This document shows positions 19,863 through 31,766 of a stretch of 64,000 nt of DNA, piece by piece. The number at the start of each line of letters is the position of its first letter. The stretch's first letter is position 1. Under the pieces are notes generated by a model. The model was not told where the DNA came from and searched no databases. It saw nothing but the letters and a program-made list of their open reading frames with translations. The stretch spans positions 1,612,001-1,676,000 of the forward strand of contig CP128815.1 of NCBI GenBank assembly GCA_051546255.1. The letters are read 5' to 3'. The position numbers and the translations under genes are program-made. This stretch comes from Meyerozyma guilliermondii. Lineage: Eukaryota.

Positions 19863-22298
19863 ATGGGGATTCCTCTCTACGTCAGAATTAAAGACGTGCA
19901 CCCGCCACCTGCCGGGGTGAACTCTCATGTTGTTCAGTCATCATCTACGTCAATTGAGTTTGGTTCAAGAAACTACCATTTTGATCAAGTCTTCACAAGC
20001 AAAATAGACTACCAACCCTATTTGCAAAACGACAATGATTCCGTCACGGTGTTCGTAGGACCAACTGGAAGCGGTAAGACCACCTGTCTTCGGCACATGT
20101 TGGATGCCACTTTGAACTTTTGGCAACAAAATTCGTGGTCGTCGAAGAAAATCAGTGCTTTTGAAATCAAAGAGAACCGTCATGTAATTGATTTGACTGA
20201 GGAAAAGAAAGTTCCCAAGCCTTTAAAGCAGGTTGGTTCCATTCAATTGAGTGACTTGGACCATGCTGAGCAGACTTTCAAGGCAATTTTGGCATGTAGA
20301 ACAACAGCTCCAACTGCCACCAACCGTGAGTCGAGTAGGTCTTGTTTGGTTTTGAAAATTGTCGATGGTTCCTCAACGACAACCTACGTGGATATGATGG
20401 GCAACGAGAAGTTCGACAAAGGAAGCGCAAACCAATTTGCCAACTCTACTATGTCTTCTTTGACTCAATACCTCAAGTCTAATGGTTCCGGTGGAAGATC
20501 TGCCAATACGATTATCAATATTATCTTTGGCGACCCCAAGGCCAAAATCTCAGTTGTGTTGGCATTGGACCCCTACGGAGACCCACGGTTGATCAAATCG
20601 TCATTGTTGAACATTGCTGATTTGACTCGCCAATGTCAGCCAGAGTTAGCGAGAGAATCAGTTACCACCGCTGCTCCGAAATTACTTCCACACTACGCAA
20701 AGCCTACAATTTCGTCTTTGAGTCCTAAGAAGGCTTCTGTTCCGCAATGGAGTACTGGAAGAGTCACTAAGCCCGCCAGAAAACCTACAATTGCTCGCAA
20801 GATTGTCAACACTCTTTCCAGAACATTGTATGGAAGAGGAGCCGAGCAAAGTAGACAAAAGATCGAGAAACTAGAAGAGGAAAAGAGGAATATGGAAAGC
20901 TTTATCCAGGAGCTTACAAGCTCAAAGGACCGTCTTTTGGAAGAAATCGCAGCTTTGGACGAGTCAAGAGTTCAGCTAATCGAAGACCTTCACCAATCGA
21001 AAGTTTTCATTGAAAAAAGTGAAGCTGAAAAGGAAGCTCAGTTGTCCGACCTTCGTGAGTGTCTCCAGAACGCACGCTCAACTCACGGCCAACTTCAAGA
21101 GTCAATCAATGGTCTTAAGAACCAGGTGGGTACCATTGAGGCTTCATTCAACGATGCCGTTCAAAAAGGTAATGAAGTAGAACAAACGTTGAGGGAAGTT
21201 TCTGAGGTCAAAGAGCAGTTGGAAACCAAAATAGCTTCCTTAGCTTCGAGAATTGAGACTTTAAAGGAGTCTGAAGAACAAAAGACTAAAGAGATTCTAG
21301 ACTTGAAGAGAGAATTGGGCTCAAAAGAGAATATAATTCGTGAACTCAAGTCCAGCGTTGGTTCTAAACTGGAAACAGTCAAGGGCCTCAAGTCTGAATT
21401 GGGTTCCAAAGTCGAAACAATCAACGGTCTCGAGTCTGAATTGGGTTCCAAAGTCGAAACAATCAAGAACCTCGAAATTAAATTGGAGGAAATGGATTCT
21501 TTCAGAGCAAAAGTAGACGAACAAAAGAAGCTGTTGTCTGAGAAAGCAGCAACTGTCGCCAGTTTGAAATCCAGAATCGATAATCAGGACAAGATCATTG
21601 GTGAGAAGGCAGAGACCATAGCTGAGTTGAAATTACAACTTACTAGTTTCGGAGCTCAAACTTCGAAATTGGCTAGTCAAGAAGAGATTCTCGCCGAGAA
21701 GACGGCTACCATTGCCGAATTGAAGTCAAAGATTGAGAGCTTGGAAGAAGAAAATGAGAGAAAGAACGAAAAGGATGATTTGCTTACTGAAAGAAACGAG
21801 ACTATTGAAATGTTGGAGAGGAAGGTAGAGGAGCTTGAGAAAGAAATTGCCATGAAAGATACCCAAGACAGTGTTCAGAAGTCAGAAGCCATTGGTGAGC
21901 TCAACCTGCAAATTGAGGAGTTGAAGGCTCAGCTTTCGAAGTCTCAACAAGATCAAGAAAAGACCTTGTCTTCAAAGAAAGAGTTGAAATCGACGATATC
22001 TACTATGACCAACGAAATCCGAGACTTGAAGAGAAAGCTTGAGGGAGAAACTACAGTTGACAAGGAGAACCAACCTACAGCTTTCGTTCCTCCTCAAGGT
22101 ACAATCATTAAAAAGAAGTTTACCGGAGACGATATTTTTGTTGACCAACAAAATAAAGAGTCAGTGCCAGAGACAAACCAGGAGAAGAAGCGCAAGAAAT
22201 TGGGAAACATTGACAATTACAGAAGTGCCATGCTTGAAATGTCAGCTAAGAAACACAAGAAGAAGAACAAGCCTCTGAAGCTTCGGGCTTTAAACTAG
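19863..22298 (+). CDS. Divergent kinesin-like protein with an N-terminal motor-like domain and long coiled coil
   Basis: LYVRIK, YHFDQVF, P-loop GPTGSGKT, NRESSRSC (switch I), VDMMGNEK (switch II), followed by about 400 aa of heptad repeats. Confidence 0.8.
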   Translation: MGIPLYVRIKDVHPPPAGVNSHVVQSSSTSIEFGSRNYHFDQVFTSKIDYQPYLQNDNDSVTVFVGPTGSGKTTCLRHMLDATLNFWQQNSWSSKKISAFEIKENRHVIDLTEEKKVPKPLKQVGSIQLSDLDHAEQTFKAILACRTTAPTATNRESSRSCLVLKIVDGSSTTTYVDMMGNEKFDKGSANQFANSTMSSLTQYLKSNGSGGRSANTIINIIFGDPKAKISVVLALDPYGDPRLIKSSLLNIADLTRQCQPELARESVTTAAPKLLPHYAKPTISSLSPKKASVPQWSTGRVTKPARKPTIARKIVNTLSRTLYGRGAEQSRQKIEKLEEEKRNMESFIQELTSSKDRLLEEIAALDESRVQLIEDLHQSKVFIEKSEAEKEAQLSDLRECLQNARSTHGQLQESINGLKNQVGTIEASFNDAVQKGNEVEQTLREVSEVKEQLETKIASLASRIETLKESEEQKTKEILDLKRELGSKENIIRELKSSVGSKLETVKGLKSELGSKVETINGLESELGSKVETIKNLEIKLEEMDSFRAKVDEQKKLLSEKAATVASLKSRIDNQDKIIGEKAETIAELKLQLTSFGAQTSKLASQEEILAEKTATIAELKSKIESLEEENERKNEKDDLLTERNETIEMLERKVEELEKEIAMKDTQDSVQKSEAIGELNLQIEELKAQLSKSQQDQEKTLSSKKELKSTISTMTNEIRDLKRKLEGETTVDKENQPTAFVPPQGTIIKKKFTGDDIFVDQQNKESVPETNQEKKRKKLGNIDNYRSAMLEMSAKKHKKKNKPLKLRALN
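21312..21480 (+). repeat. 42-bp coding tandem repeat, about 4 copies (ELGSKVETI unit, 14 aa)
   Basis: Units start at 21312, 21354, 21396 and 21438. Segments 21391-21424 and 21433-21466 are identical. Confidence 0.9.
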
Positions 22299-22319
22299 AA
22301 TGATTCGAAGATGACTAGA

Positions 22320-22480
22320 AACCATACCATAATACTATAACAATAATACCATGATACCATAATATTAATACTGTAATTCCATAAACTATCAAATAATACC
22401 ATAGCATAATATCATAATAAAATGCCATAATTTCAATCCATTACTTAGTAATTCCTTTTCATGATAGTAATACCCCTTCA
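22320..22480. repeat. Degenerate AT-rich ATAATACC/CCATAAT repeat in a convergent intergenic region
   Basis: accataccataatactataacaataataccatgataccataatatt... Confidence 0.6.
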
Positions 22481-22545
22481 TAAAACCAATGAAGCTCACT
22501 ACCGATATGATTTAACAGCACAACACCTCGGTCTTATATTCATTT

Positions 22546-23013
22546 TTATACTGTTCTTCTATCCGTCATAAACCGTACAATTGGACCCAATCCTGTGATC
22601 TCTACGGTCTTCTCAAACCAATTCAACAACAATCCTCCCTGCTTTGCACCATAGCCAGTGCTCATACTTTTGTACAAATACTTGATGAGCGTATCCTGCT
22701 GACTGCTATCTAACTGTTTTACAAAGGTTCCCAAGTCGTTGGTGTTGTGGTTATTTTTGATCGAACACAAAACTTCGAAAACAGTTTCGCCGTGTAACTT
22801 TTTGGTGGCCTCGTCTGCAACATATGGGGGGTTTTCAAGCAGCAATGCCAAAGCTTCTTGAAATCTTCCCAGGGATAACGAAGCACGAACTTGCTGGGAA
22901 GTGTTTACAACATCTTGGTGAGACGTAGGAGGTAAGTCTGGAATGAGCTCCTCTTTCAGAAGATGGTTCTCGGGCTCTAAGGCGTCAATGTCAATTCGTC
23001 TCCAATCTTCCAT
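22546..23013 (-). CDS. ARC15: Arp2/3 complex subunit ARPC5
   Basis: MEDWRRIDIDALEP, ENPPY, DTLIKYLYKSM, LLNWFEK, GLGPIVRFMTDRRTV. Confidence 0.95.
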   Translation of the reverse strand: MEDWRRIDIDALEPENHLLKEELIPDLPPTSHQDVVNTSQQVRASLSLGRFQEALALLLENPPYVADEATKKLHGETVFEVLCSIKNNHNTNDLGTFVKQLDSSQQDTLIKYLYKSMSTGYGAKQGGLLLNWFEKTVEITGLGPIVRFMTDRRTV

Positions 23014-23287
23014 GGTATTGGTGAGTAGGTTACGCTTGAATTGTGAGATTTGGTATGGAGAACACCGGTGCACCAGGAACTATCACTGCCTATTTTTATG
23101 CCGTTACACGTTGAAAAATACATTATCCACTTTGGGCCATGCCGTTCTATTGTACATTTATATAGCGCTGAATTGCAATTGGTTTGTATGGTTCAAAGGT
23201 ACGCTGTAGTATATTTTTCAGCGATGACAGTCTCTCAAAATATCAATTAATGTTGTCCCTTGCTTCTTCATTGCTCGTGATTCGTAG

Positions 23288-23656
23288 CTATTTTCTCGCC
23301 TTTTTCGCTGGTCTATCCTCTGCATCTTCCGTCCTGTTGTCCACTTCCGAAGTGTACTCGTCAATAAAGGTCAACACTTTCTGCTTCAATTCCTTCGAAT
23401 CGACTATTATCACCACAAGACCGTCACTGCCTACTTCGTACTTGATGTGGTCTTCGTTTTTGAGGGCAACTTCTTCGTCAAATTTGTCAAAAAAGCCATT
23501 TACCTCGTCAAATGTCTGTATTTCATCCAAGAGTCTCTCGTCCATTTCGCCTTCTGGAACATCAGGCGAGTTGATTACTATTACTGCACGAAGCGGGTTG
23601 TCTAGTTCCTGGAACTCCACCTCATGCAGAGGAATATCTATTGGATCTTCCCCCAT
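23288..23656 (-). CDS. YML108W-like (DUF1892-type) small acidic protein
   Basis: FFDKFDEEVALKNEDHIKYEVGSDGLVV matches the recalled Yml108w core FDKFDAEICIPNEGHIKYEISSDGLIV. C-terminal PAKKARK resembles an NLS. Confidence 0.75.
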   Translation of the reverse strand: MGEDPIDIPLHEVEFQELDNPLRAVIVINSPDVPEGEMDERLLDEIQTFDEVNGFFDKFDEEVALKNEDHIKYEVGSDGLVVIIVDSKELKQKVLTFIDEYTSEVDNRTEDAEDRPAKKARK

Positions 23657-23746
23657 GGCTACAAATATTGGAAACACATTTATTTCACCAAACACAAAAA
23701 TTCAGGGTGCGATGGCATGGGCCATATGCCGGACGTTGCAACCAAA

Positions 23747-25480
<1,734 letters not shown>

Positions 25481-25825
25481 CTAGCCCGGCACACGGGTTC
25501 ACTTGACAGAGAATTTGTCAGTAAAAGCCGAGAGCCAGAGCAGAATAAGGGTCGAATGAGGTAGAGGATTGAACTAGTGGGCTTGGGGTTTCTGAATTGA
25601 TTCTTAAGGTGGATACAGAATGGATTACACACCAAAAAAAAATGAGATTTTGCAATGACATCGACATGTCTCTGTGATTTTGCATAAGCAATCTCCTCCT
25701 AATCTGAAACTATCGATAGTAGTTAGCAGCTTCGGCTCGCCGAGCCCGAGGCACGGCTTGCGCTGGTCGTGCGCGCTTCATATCTGTCAAAGTTTTAGCG
25801 AGACAGCGCGAAGTTTCAAGCTGCG

Positions 25826-26722
25826 ATGACTGGGTTAGCCTCGAAATGGGCCACGGAACCCACACTTGTGCAGCAGGCTGAGGCCCAAGACAAGAAGAAA
25901 CCCACTAAACCAGCCACGGGAAATCCACTGGAATCATCAGAAAAGCACCAAATAACTTCTTCAGCTCCAGTGAGGAAGCCATTGATCAGCAAGTGGGCCG
26001 ATGCTGCTGTGGGTAGCAAAGAGGACGAGAGAAAAGAGTCACCAAAGAGCCCACGAGGTGAAGAGCGCCATAGAAGAAATAGCAAGAACAGAAGAAATTC
26101 GGAAACTCGAAGAAAAGACGAAGTCAATGGCCAAACGCTGCGAAACAGAGAGAAGAGAAAAGGACGTAATGGCGGTTCCAAGCATGATGAGCCAAGAGAA
26201 AGACAGGAAAAACACACTACATCATCCGAGGAAAGCAGAACTCACCCAGTTACCAACGAAATACTTCCTCCAATGTCCAAAGCAGCTGCTAGTTTTGCAC
26301 TGCGTTTAGGAGTTCCTACTGGTAGTGGAGCCCCTAATGTAGACAACAAGTCCACTCCACCAGACAGCAAGTCCGTCAACGATTCTGACGAGTATGAAAC
26401 AACAGACGATTCCGACGACAACAGAAACGTAAAACAACCGATGTCTAAGGCAGGTATGAGTTTCGCAGCCAGACTCGCAATTCCACCAAAAGCGAACAAC
26501 TCCAAGAATATCAACAAAGACGTTAAGAAGGACCAAGCCAGGCCTAGCACACAGAAGTACATGTCTCCCAAGCAACGCAGAGAGGCCGAAAAACTTGAAC
26601 AGGAACAGCAACGCCGACAGGAACAGAAGCAGCGGGACGCTAAATTGCAAGAAGAAGTTCGGGACATGTTTTCGAAAATGACGGCATCAACAGCCAACTG
26701 GGCTGATTTAGAGGACGAATGA
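25826..26722 (+). CDS. Hydrophilic basic protein, Gfd1-like (mRNA-export-associated)
   Basis: Two LxSKWA motifs, a C-terminal coiled coil and an NWADLEDE terminus, similar to recalled Gfd1 ends. Confidence 0.55.
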   Translation: MTGLASKWATEPTLVQQAEAQDKKKPTKPATGNPLESSEKHQITSSAPVRKPLISKWADAAVGSKEDERKESPKSPRGEERHRRNSKNRRNSETRRKDEVNGQTLRNREKRKGRNGGSKHDEPRERQEKHTTSSEESRTHPVTNEILPPMSKAAASFALRLGVPTGSGAPNVDNKSTPPDSKSVNDSDEYETTDDSDDNRNVKQPMSKAGMSFAARLAIPPKANNSKNINKDVKKDQARPSTQKYMSPKQRREAEKLEQEQQRRQEQKQRDAKLQEEVRDMFSKMTASTANWADLEDE

Positions 26723-26858
26723 AGTGTAATAGTACTGTAATATACTCATAAAATTCAATTACATTTATAACAAAACGGACTTGTCGTTCACTTTGTCGTC
26801 TCATCTCCCCACAATTCGCGACTGAGATCTCACTAGTTTTCTACTAATTTACACAATT

Positions 26859-27869
26859 ATGGTGCCATATAATAGAGTGGGGCCACGGATTCTGCATGTT
26901 TTGTTTCGTACTACCATCAGGAAATCCAAAAATAATCCAGTTTTTACCAGATTTGTATCAACAAACGAAGAAAATGAACGTCTCAAATACGACCAAGCAA
27001 GAAATGACATCATTTTATCCACGATTAAAAGCAGACCTGATCTCTTGGTGAATGCTGGGCTACAGAGAAAACTGTCCATGTCGTGGAAATCAATTTTGTT
27101 AGGAATGGTTTTGACATCTACAGCCACAATGGGACTTTTTGTGTCCCTCCAACTTTTGTATCCACGATCTGATCCAGAAGCTCCCAGAAGAGCTTTTGTT
27201 CCTTTATGGGTTAGTACGGGCTGGTTGGGCAAGAGTTGCCTAAGATTTCCTCGCGATATCATTCTTTTGGACGAAAACTGTTATCATTGCTTGTTGGATG
27301 GAAAGGAACTAGCAGAATATCTCGATCATTTGGAAAAGGAGAACATAAAATACAAGGTATTGGAGCTTGTATCGCTGAGCCAGGAAGTACGCAAGACGCT
27401 CAAACTCCCCGTATCCATTTCCGTGCCTGAAAATTCGGATTTCAAGATATGGATGGAAAGCACCATGCCTATAGTTGCGGGTCTTCAGTTCAGTTTTCCG
27501 CCCAATGAATTGTCCCCGAGAGTGGAATGGCAATTGAAGCAGATAGACTACCGTTCTGTGGTTGATAGTGCATTGGTGGCTGCGGGACTCAAGCTCGACC
27601 GATTGGGCTCAGACGCTGAAAAAAAGACCCACGAGAAAAGCAGTGGAAAAGTCCACGAATCGGTACCTGAGCGTGATCGCTATGTTCACTCTCCGAAAAA
27701 TTACACCATTGTTATGTCGGGAATTCTCGATTTGGAGGACAAATGTCATCGTAGAGGAACGGTCAATTACTTGGCCGTTTTGGATTTCGACCACTTAAAA
27801 ATCAACGGTGGAATCAAAATCACGTCCATGCACCTTGTGGCCGATAACAAGCACTACAAGGTCAAATAA
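26859..27869 (+). CDS. AIM39: Mitochondrial single-pass membrane protein, Aim39-like
   Basis: Arg-rich presequence and one TM segment. AFVPLW, KVLELVS..EVRKTLKLPV, FKIWMESTMPIVAG and VDSALVAAGL align with recalled Aim39 blocks. Confidence 0.6.
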   Translation: MVPYNRVGPRILHVLFRTTIRKSKNNPVFTRFVSTNEENERLKYDQARNDIILSTIKSRPDLLVNAGLQRKLSMSWKSILLGMVLTSTATMGLFVSLQLLYPRSDPEAPRRAFVPLWVSTGWLGKSCLRFPRDIILLDENCYHCLLDGKELAEYLDHLEKENIKYKVLELVSLSQEVRKTLKLPVSISVPENSDFKIWMESTMPIVAGLQFSFPPNELSPRVEWQLKQIDYRSVVDSALVAAGLKLDRLGSDAEKKTHEKSSGKVHESVPERDRYVHSPKNYTIVMSGILDLEDKCHRRGTVNYLAVLDFDHLKINGGIKITSMHLVADNKHYKVK

Positions 27870-27993
27870 CGCGAAAAAAGACCACCAATATGTCCCATCG
27901 CTGTTGCAGCCTTCTCGTCCCAATTGGGCAATCCTGCCTGCAGATTACTGATAAGACACTGCGAAATCAGATCCAACGATACTGAATAATTAT

Positions 27994-29982
27994 ATGAGAG
28001 CCATAGGAGATGCAGTTTCTGCTGCTTCCAAGACATATAACGGAGTGGAGAATCCCCGCAAGAGGACCAAAACTTCTTCGTCTTCTTCCATGAATCATAG
28101 AACTGCTGCTCAAGCCACAAGAACAAACCGGGCTTGTGACGACTGTCGTAAGCAAAAAACAAGGTGTCTTCCACCCACAAACGAGAGTGCTGGATGCTCT
28201 CGCTGTCAGTTTCTCAATCTCAAGTGCTCGTTTCAAAAAGATAACCACAGCGAATCCAAGACGCCCATAGCGCAGTCAGATCGCATTGAACTGATATATC
28301 GTGGAGTCAATGAAATAGTCAGTTTACTCAAAAATCAAGTCAATTATCGTCTCAACGACGATGCAAGACTACTCCTAGATGCCTCGAGTACAATGAAACA
28401 AGCATCGCCGCAGACAGTCGAGCCAGAACTCGATATTATGCTGACTGCTGAACCTACGTATGACTTTCACCACCCTTCCAAATCCTGTCAATCTTCACCA
28501 TTTTCAATCGTGTGCAATCTGCTTCCGGAAAACGGTGTTCCCAACTCGATACTTCATTTGGTCAATCGACCGCAGGCTCCGTTTCGAAATCGAAATGTGC
28601 CAAAGCCGGATGTCATATCTCTAGGAATTTTGGAAGAAACTGAAGCTGTAGAATTGCTTGACGATTTCAAACAGAACTACGGCCGATGGGTGCTGTTTCC
28701 CTCCAATATAACTACTGAAGAATTGATCGAGCGTATAAGACAGAAATCACCACTTTTACTCACCACTTGCTGTTGCGTAACTCTCCGATACCTGTTAACT
28801 CATGTTGCTCAAGACGACTACGAATTGCAGCATACCATCAAAAGAAGGAACCAGGACCTTTTATCGCAGCTTGCCAAAGAACTTGAGGCAGCACTTCTTG
28901 GCTACTTTGTGTTTCCTCACAATTCTAGCCCAGTTGGCGATGTTGAATTTCTCCAGGCTGTTGCGGTGCTTTCCATTTACTCTTTATCGCTAACCTCTCT
29001 TGCTGGGATTTCAGTGGAGGATAAGGAGAGCAGTCTCACCAACTTCAGTCTCGATCCATGGTACTTGTCGAGTGTTGGACTCAACACCTTCTTATCAAAA
29101 TCAGCATTTGGACAGCTTGTTCAACACAAGGTAATCGATGCCGCAACCTCGCCTTTCACAGTGCTTTTTCAAGAGCTAGACGACGAGGAGCAGACGCTAA
29201 CCGTGCTACGCATCTACAATCACTTGACAATTGTTCATCTCATTCAGTGTGTGTTCAGTGGCAGAATGTGTGTGTTAGACGAGGTGAGGTTGAACTACTG
29301 TACTGCCACTTTGAGCTTGGCAAAACTGACCAATTTTGACGGCAGAGTTGTCAGTGAAATTGAGGTCCTTTTGATCGCCTACAACTACATCCAAGTAGCC
29401 ACGGGCATCAACGACAGAGCCACACCAAGGGAGAGAGAAACGGCATTTTCGTCAGCAATGGAAGAAATGAAACAATGGTACGACCAATGGGAGTACTTGT
29501 TTTCACAGCCAACAGTACAATTTGTGGTATTGTGCTACGAGTTCTGCTTCATAATGATCATTCTTGTCTTCAACTACCAAAAAGGTTTATGCGAAGACGT
29601 GCCTGCCTTTGACGTTTATTCCGAGCACAGTCTCAGCACTATTCTCCGTAGCTGTACTAAAGAGAATTTACTATCATTATTGGAGCACGGAAACCACTTA
29701 CTTCTGTTTGAGAAGATGATTGACAACGATTCGTACTTTGCTTGCTTATCAGACCAGATCCATTTTTGCTTTTACTTTGGCGCTATAGTGATCATGAAAA
29801 CATTTTTGTACTTGCAGAATAATCACCAGGAAAAGATTATAGATGCTGGAAAGCGTAAGGAAACACTACGCCTTATACAGAGTCTCATCGACCGCCTCAC
29901 ACGAGTGAGTCAAGGTATGAAAAACGATATACTTACAAAGTATCGAGATGGACTTCTGGACATGTTGAAATTATTAGCATGA
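27994..29982 (+). CDS. Zn(II)2Cys6 transcription factor (Urc2/YDR520C-like)
   Basis: ACDDCRKQKTRC-x8-CSRCQFLNLKC zinc cluster, and a middle homology region with SPLLLTTCC and LRIYNHL. Confidence 0.85.
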   Translation: MRAIGDAVSAASKTYNGVENPRKRTKTSSSSSMNHRTAAQATRTNRACDDCRKQKTRCLPPTNESAGCSRCQFLNLKCSFQKDNHSESKTPIAQSDRIELIYRGVNEIVSLLKNQVNYRLNDDARLLLDASSTMKQASPQTVEPELDIMLTAEPTYDFHHPSKSCQSSPFSIVCNLLPENGVPNSILHLVNRPQAPFRNRNVPKPDVISLGILEETEAVELLDDFKQNYGRWVLFPSNITTEELIERIRQKSPLLLTTCCCVTLRYLLTHVAQDDYELQHTIKRRNQDLLSQLAKELEAALLGYFVFPHNSSPVGDVEFLQAVAVLSIYSLSLTSLAGISVEDKESSLTNFSLDPWYLSSVGLNTFLSKSAFGQLVQHKVIDAATSPFTVLFQELDDEEQTLTVLRIYNHLTIVHLIQCVFSGRMCVLDEVRLNYCTATLSLAKLTNFDGRVVSEIEVLLIAYNYIQVATGINDRATPRERETAFSSAMEEMKQWYDQWEYLFSQPTVQFVVLCYEFCFIMIILVFNYQKGLCEDVPAFDVYSEHSLSTILRSCTKENLLSLLEHGNHLLLFEKMIDNDSYFACLSDQIHFCFYFGAIVIMKTFLYLQNNHQEKIIDAGKRKETLRLIQSLIDRLTRVSQGMKNDILTKYRDGLLDMLKLLA

Positions 29983-30010
29983 ATTCGAAATATTCATTAG
30001 CAATTATAGT

Positions 30011-31600
30011 TCATATACTGACAACTGTACCTGTTTTCAGGTAATACGGAGAAAGATCTGTCTCGTCTACGTTAACGAAGGTGGGTCCTTTGAAATTGGT
30101 TCTACCATGAACAAACCACCAAATGGAAACCAATAAGGCCAATCCACAGGTAATGACACTCGTGTAATTCATTTCCTGAGCGGAAGTAGGCAAAGCGTAA
30201 GGAAAGCAGTAGATGACAAAGAATGCCACAATGTACAAGCATGATATGATGTTAATAACATAGCCATACTTTCCAAGCCAGAACCACCCAGGAGTAATTG
30301 CCTTTCGCTTATTGAGCAAATGGGGACCAATAGCCAAGAGAAACGACGCTGTAGTCAAAAGAACAAAAGATCCAACAAATGCGTTAAAAGCAGCAAGCGA
30401 ACCGACGTAGACGGCACCCATACAAGTAGAAATACAGCCACAAGCAAAAGTAGCCCAGAGAGGACTCTTGAACCTGGGGTTGACTGCTCCAATAAACGAC
30501 GGAAATGGAGCAGCATTGTCTCTCGCCAACACATAAAGAGTACGTCCAGCAGTAATATAGCAGCCAACAGTTGCGCAGAAAATGGGCATGGCAATTACAA
30601 TTAACAAGCCCAATGCTCCGCCTCTGCTACCTGTTGACTGAAGATAGATATCTCCAAGAGGACACAACGAGTCTGCGGTGAAGATGACGTTGAGATTATT
30701 GATGGAGTAAAACATGGAAATCATGTAGCAGATAGCAGTGATAAACCCCACAAGAACTTGCCAGAACAATACTTTAGGAAGGTTTTTGCCTGCGTCTGGA
30801 ATCTCCTCTGCCATATGAGTAACGCAATCTGGTGTTCCCACAGCAAGAGCTCCATTTAACATGCCTGCCAAAAACACAAAACCATTGCTGGAATAACCAG
30901 TATCGTTCTGCCACTCCGACCACACAAAGTTGTTGGATGCGTAGCCAGAACCGTTCTGACTGGGCATGATAGCACAAACCAAGACAGTCACAAACCACCC
31001 GCCAAGAATGAGAAATCCTCCCATTCTGTTGATAGTAGGAAGTGCCCAAGTAGCAAACATCACGATGCTGCAACAGGTCCAGCAAATGATGAGATAGACA
31101 ATGAAAACCTGCCATCTTTGACTTTCAACATTTGGGTGGAACATCTGGTAGCTATAGACAATTATCTGGCCAATGATGGAACAATTGGCAGATATACCAA
31201 ATGTCCAAGCAAAGAAATTGAGCCACCCAGCAAACCAAGAACAAGCTATACCGTATTTCTTCCCTGCTGTAGCAGCGGCCCAGTGATAGACACCTCCAGA
31301 AGCAGGAATTGCCGAAGCCAATTCGGCAATTGAAGCTGCTATCAACCAGTAAAAAATCGACACGGCAATAAACTCATATATGATACCAGGAGGACCACCG
31401 TTGTACAAAGAGGCCACAATAGCTCCTCCTAATGCTGTCCATGTGTTACCAGTGACAATACCAGTTGCGATTGCTGAGAGAAGATTGAACCGTCTTTCAA
31501 GAACAACCGGCGGCTCGCCAATATTTTCAACTTCTCCAACCTGGTTATCGTCAGTTTTGAGATAGGTCTCTTTGGAGTCGTTGATTATGGAGCCGGACAT
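30011..31600 (-). CDS. Amino acid/choline transporter (ACT family, Hnm1/Uga4-like)
   Basis: LERRFNLLSAI, NGGPPG, SIAELASAIPASGGVYHWA, HMAEEIP, LARDNA, MNYTSV; about 12 TM segments. Confidence 0.9.
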   Translation of the reverse strand: MSGSIINDSKETYLKTDDNQVGEVENIGEPPVVLERRFNLLSAIATGIVTGNTWTALGGAIVASLYNGGPPGIIYEFIAVSIFYWLIAASIAELASAIPASGGVYHWAAATAGKKYGIACSWFAGWLNFFAWTFGISANCSIIGQIIVYSYQMFHPNVESQRWQVFIVYLIICWTCCSIVMFATWALPTINRMGGFLILGGWFVTVLVCAIMPSQNGSGYASNNFVWSEWQNDTGYSSNGFVFLAGMLNGALAVGTPDCVTHMAEEIPDAGKNLPKVLFWQVLVGFITAICYMISMFYSINNLNVIFTADSLCPLGDIYLQSTGSRGGALGLLIVIAMPIFCATVGCYITAGRTLYVLARDNAAPFPSFIGAVNPRFKSPLWATFACGCISTCMGAVYVGSLAAFNAFVGSFVLLTTASFLLAIGPHLLNKRKAITPGWFWLGKYGYVINIISCLYIVAFFVIYCFPYALPTSAQEMNYTSVITCGLALLVSIWWFVHGRTNFKGPTFVNVDETDLSPYYLKTGTVVSI

Positions 31601-31677
31601 ATTGGGACTGAGATTCACAGACAGCACTAATTCCAGTGCTTTATATACTCAAGTGACAAAAAAAGAACACAAGTGTT

Positions 31678-31766
31678 GGCGGTAGTTACAAAGTTGGCGT
31701 CAGTCGGCCGGCGGTAGTTAGGCCCGCGGTAACTCATTTGGCGGTAGGAGCCCAGATAAGCGGTAT
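31678..31766. promoter_or_regulatory. Cluster of five GCGGTA elements plus a GATAAG in the permease promoter
   Basis: GGCGGTAGTTA at 31678 and 31710, GCGGTAA at 31726, GGCGGTAG at 31740, GCGGTAT at 31760, GATAAG at 31755, and a TATA box at about 31641-31648. Confidence 0.6.

Noticed and set aside
21312..21480. Regular direct repeats that could be mistaken for a CRISPR array
   Set aside because: Eukaryotic in-frame coding repeat without unique spacers or cas genes.
25709..25750. Short palindromes (ACTATCGATAGT; GGCTCG-C-CGAGCC) in the PGI1 divergent promoter
   Set aside because: Too short to separate from chance without conservation data.
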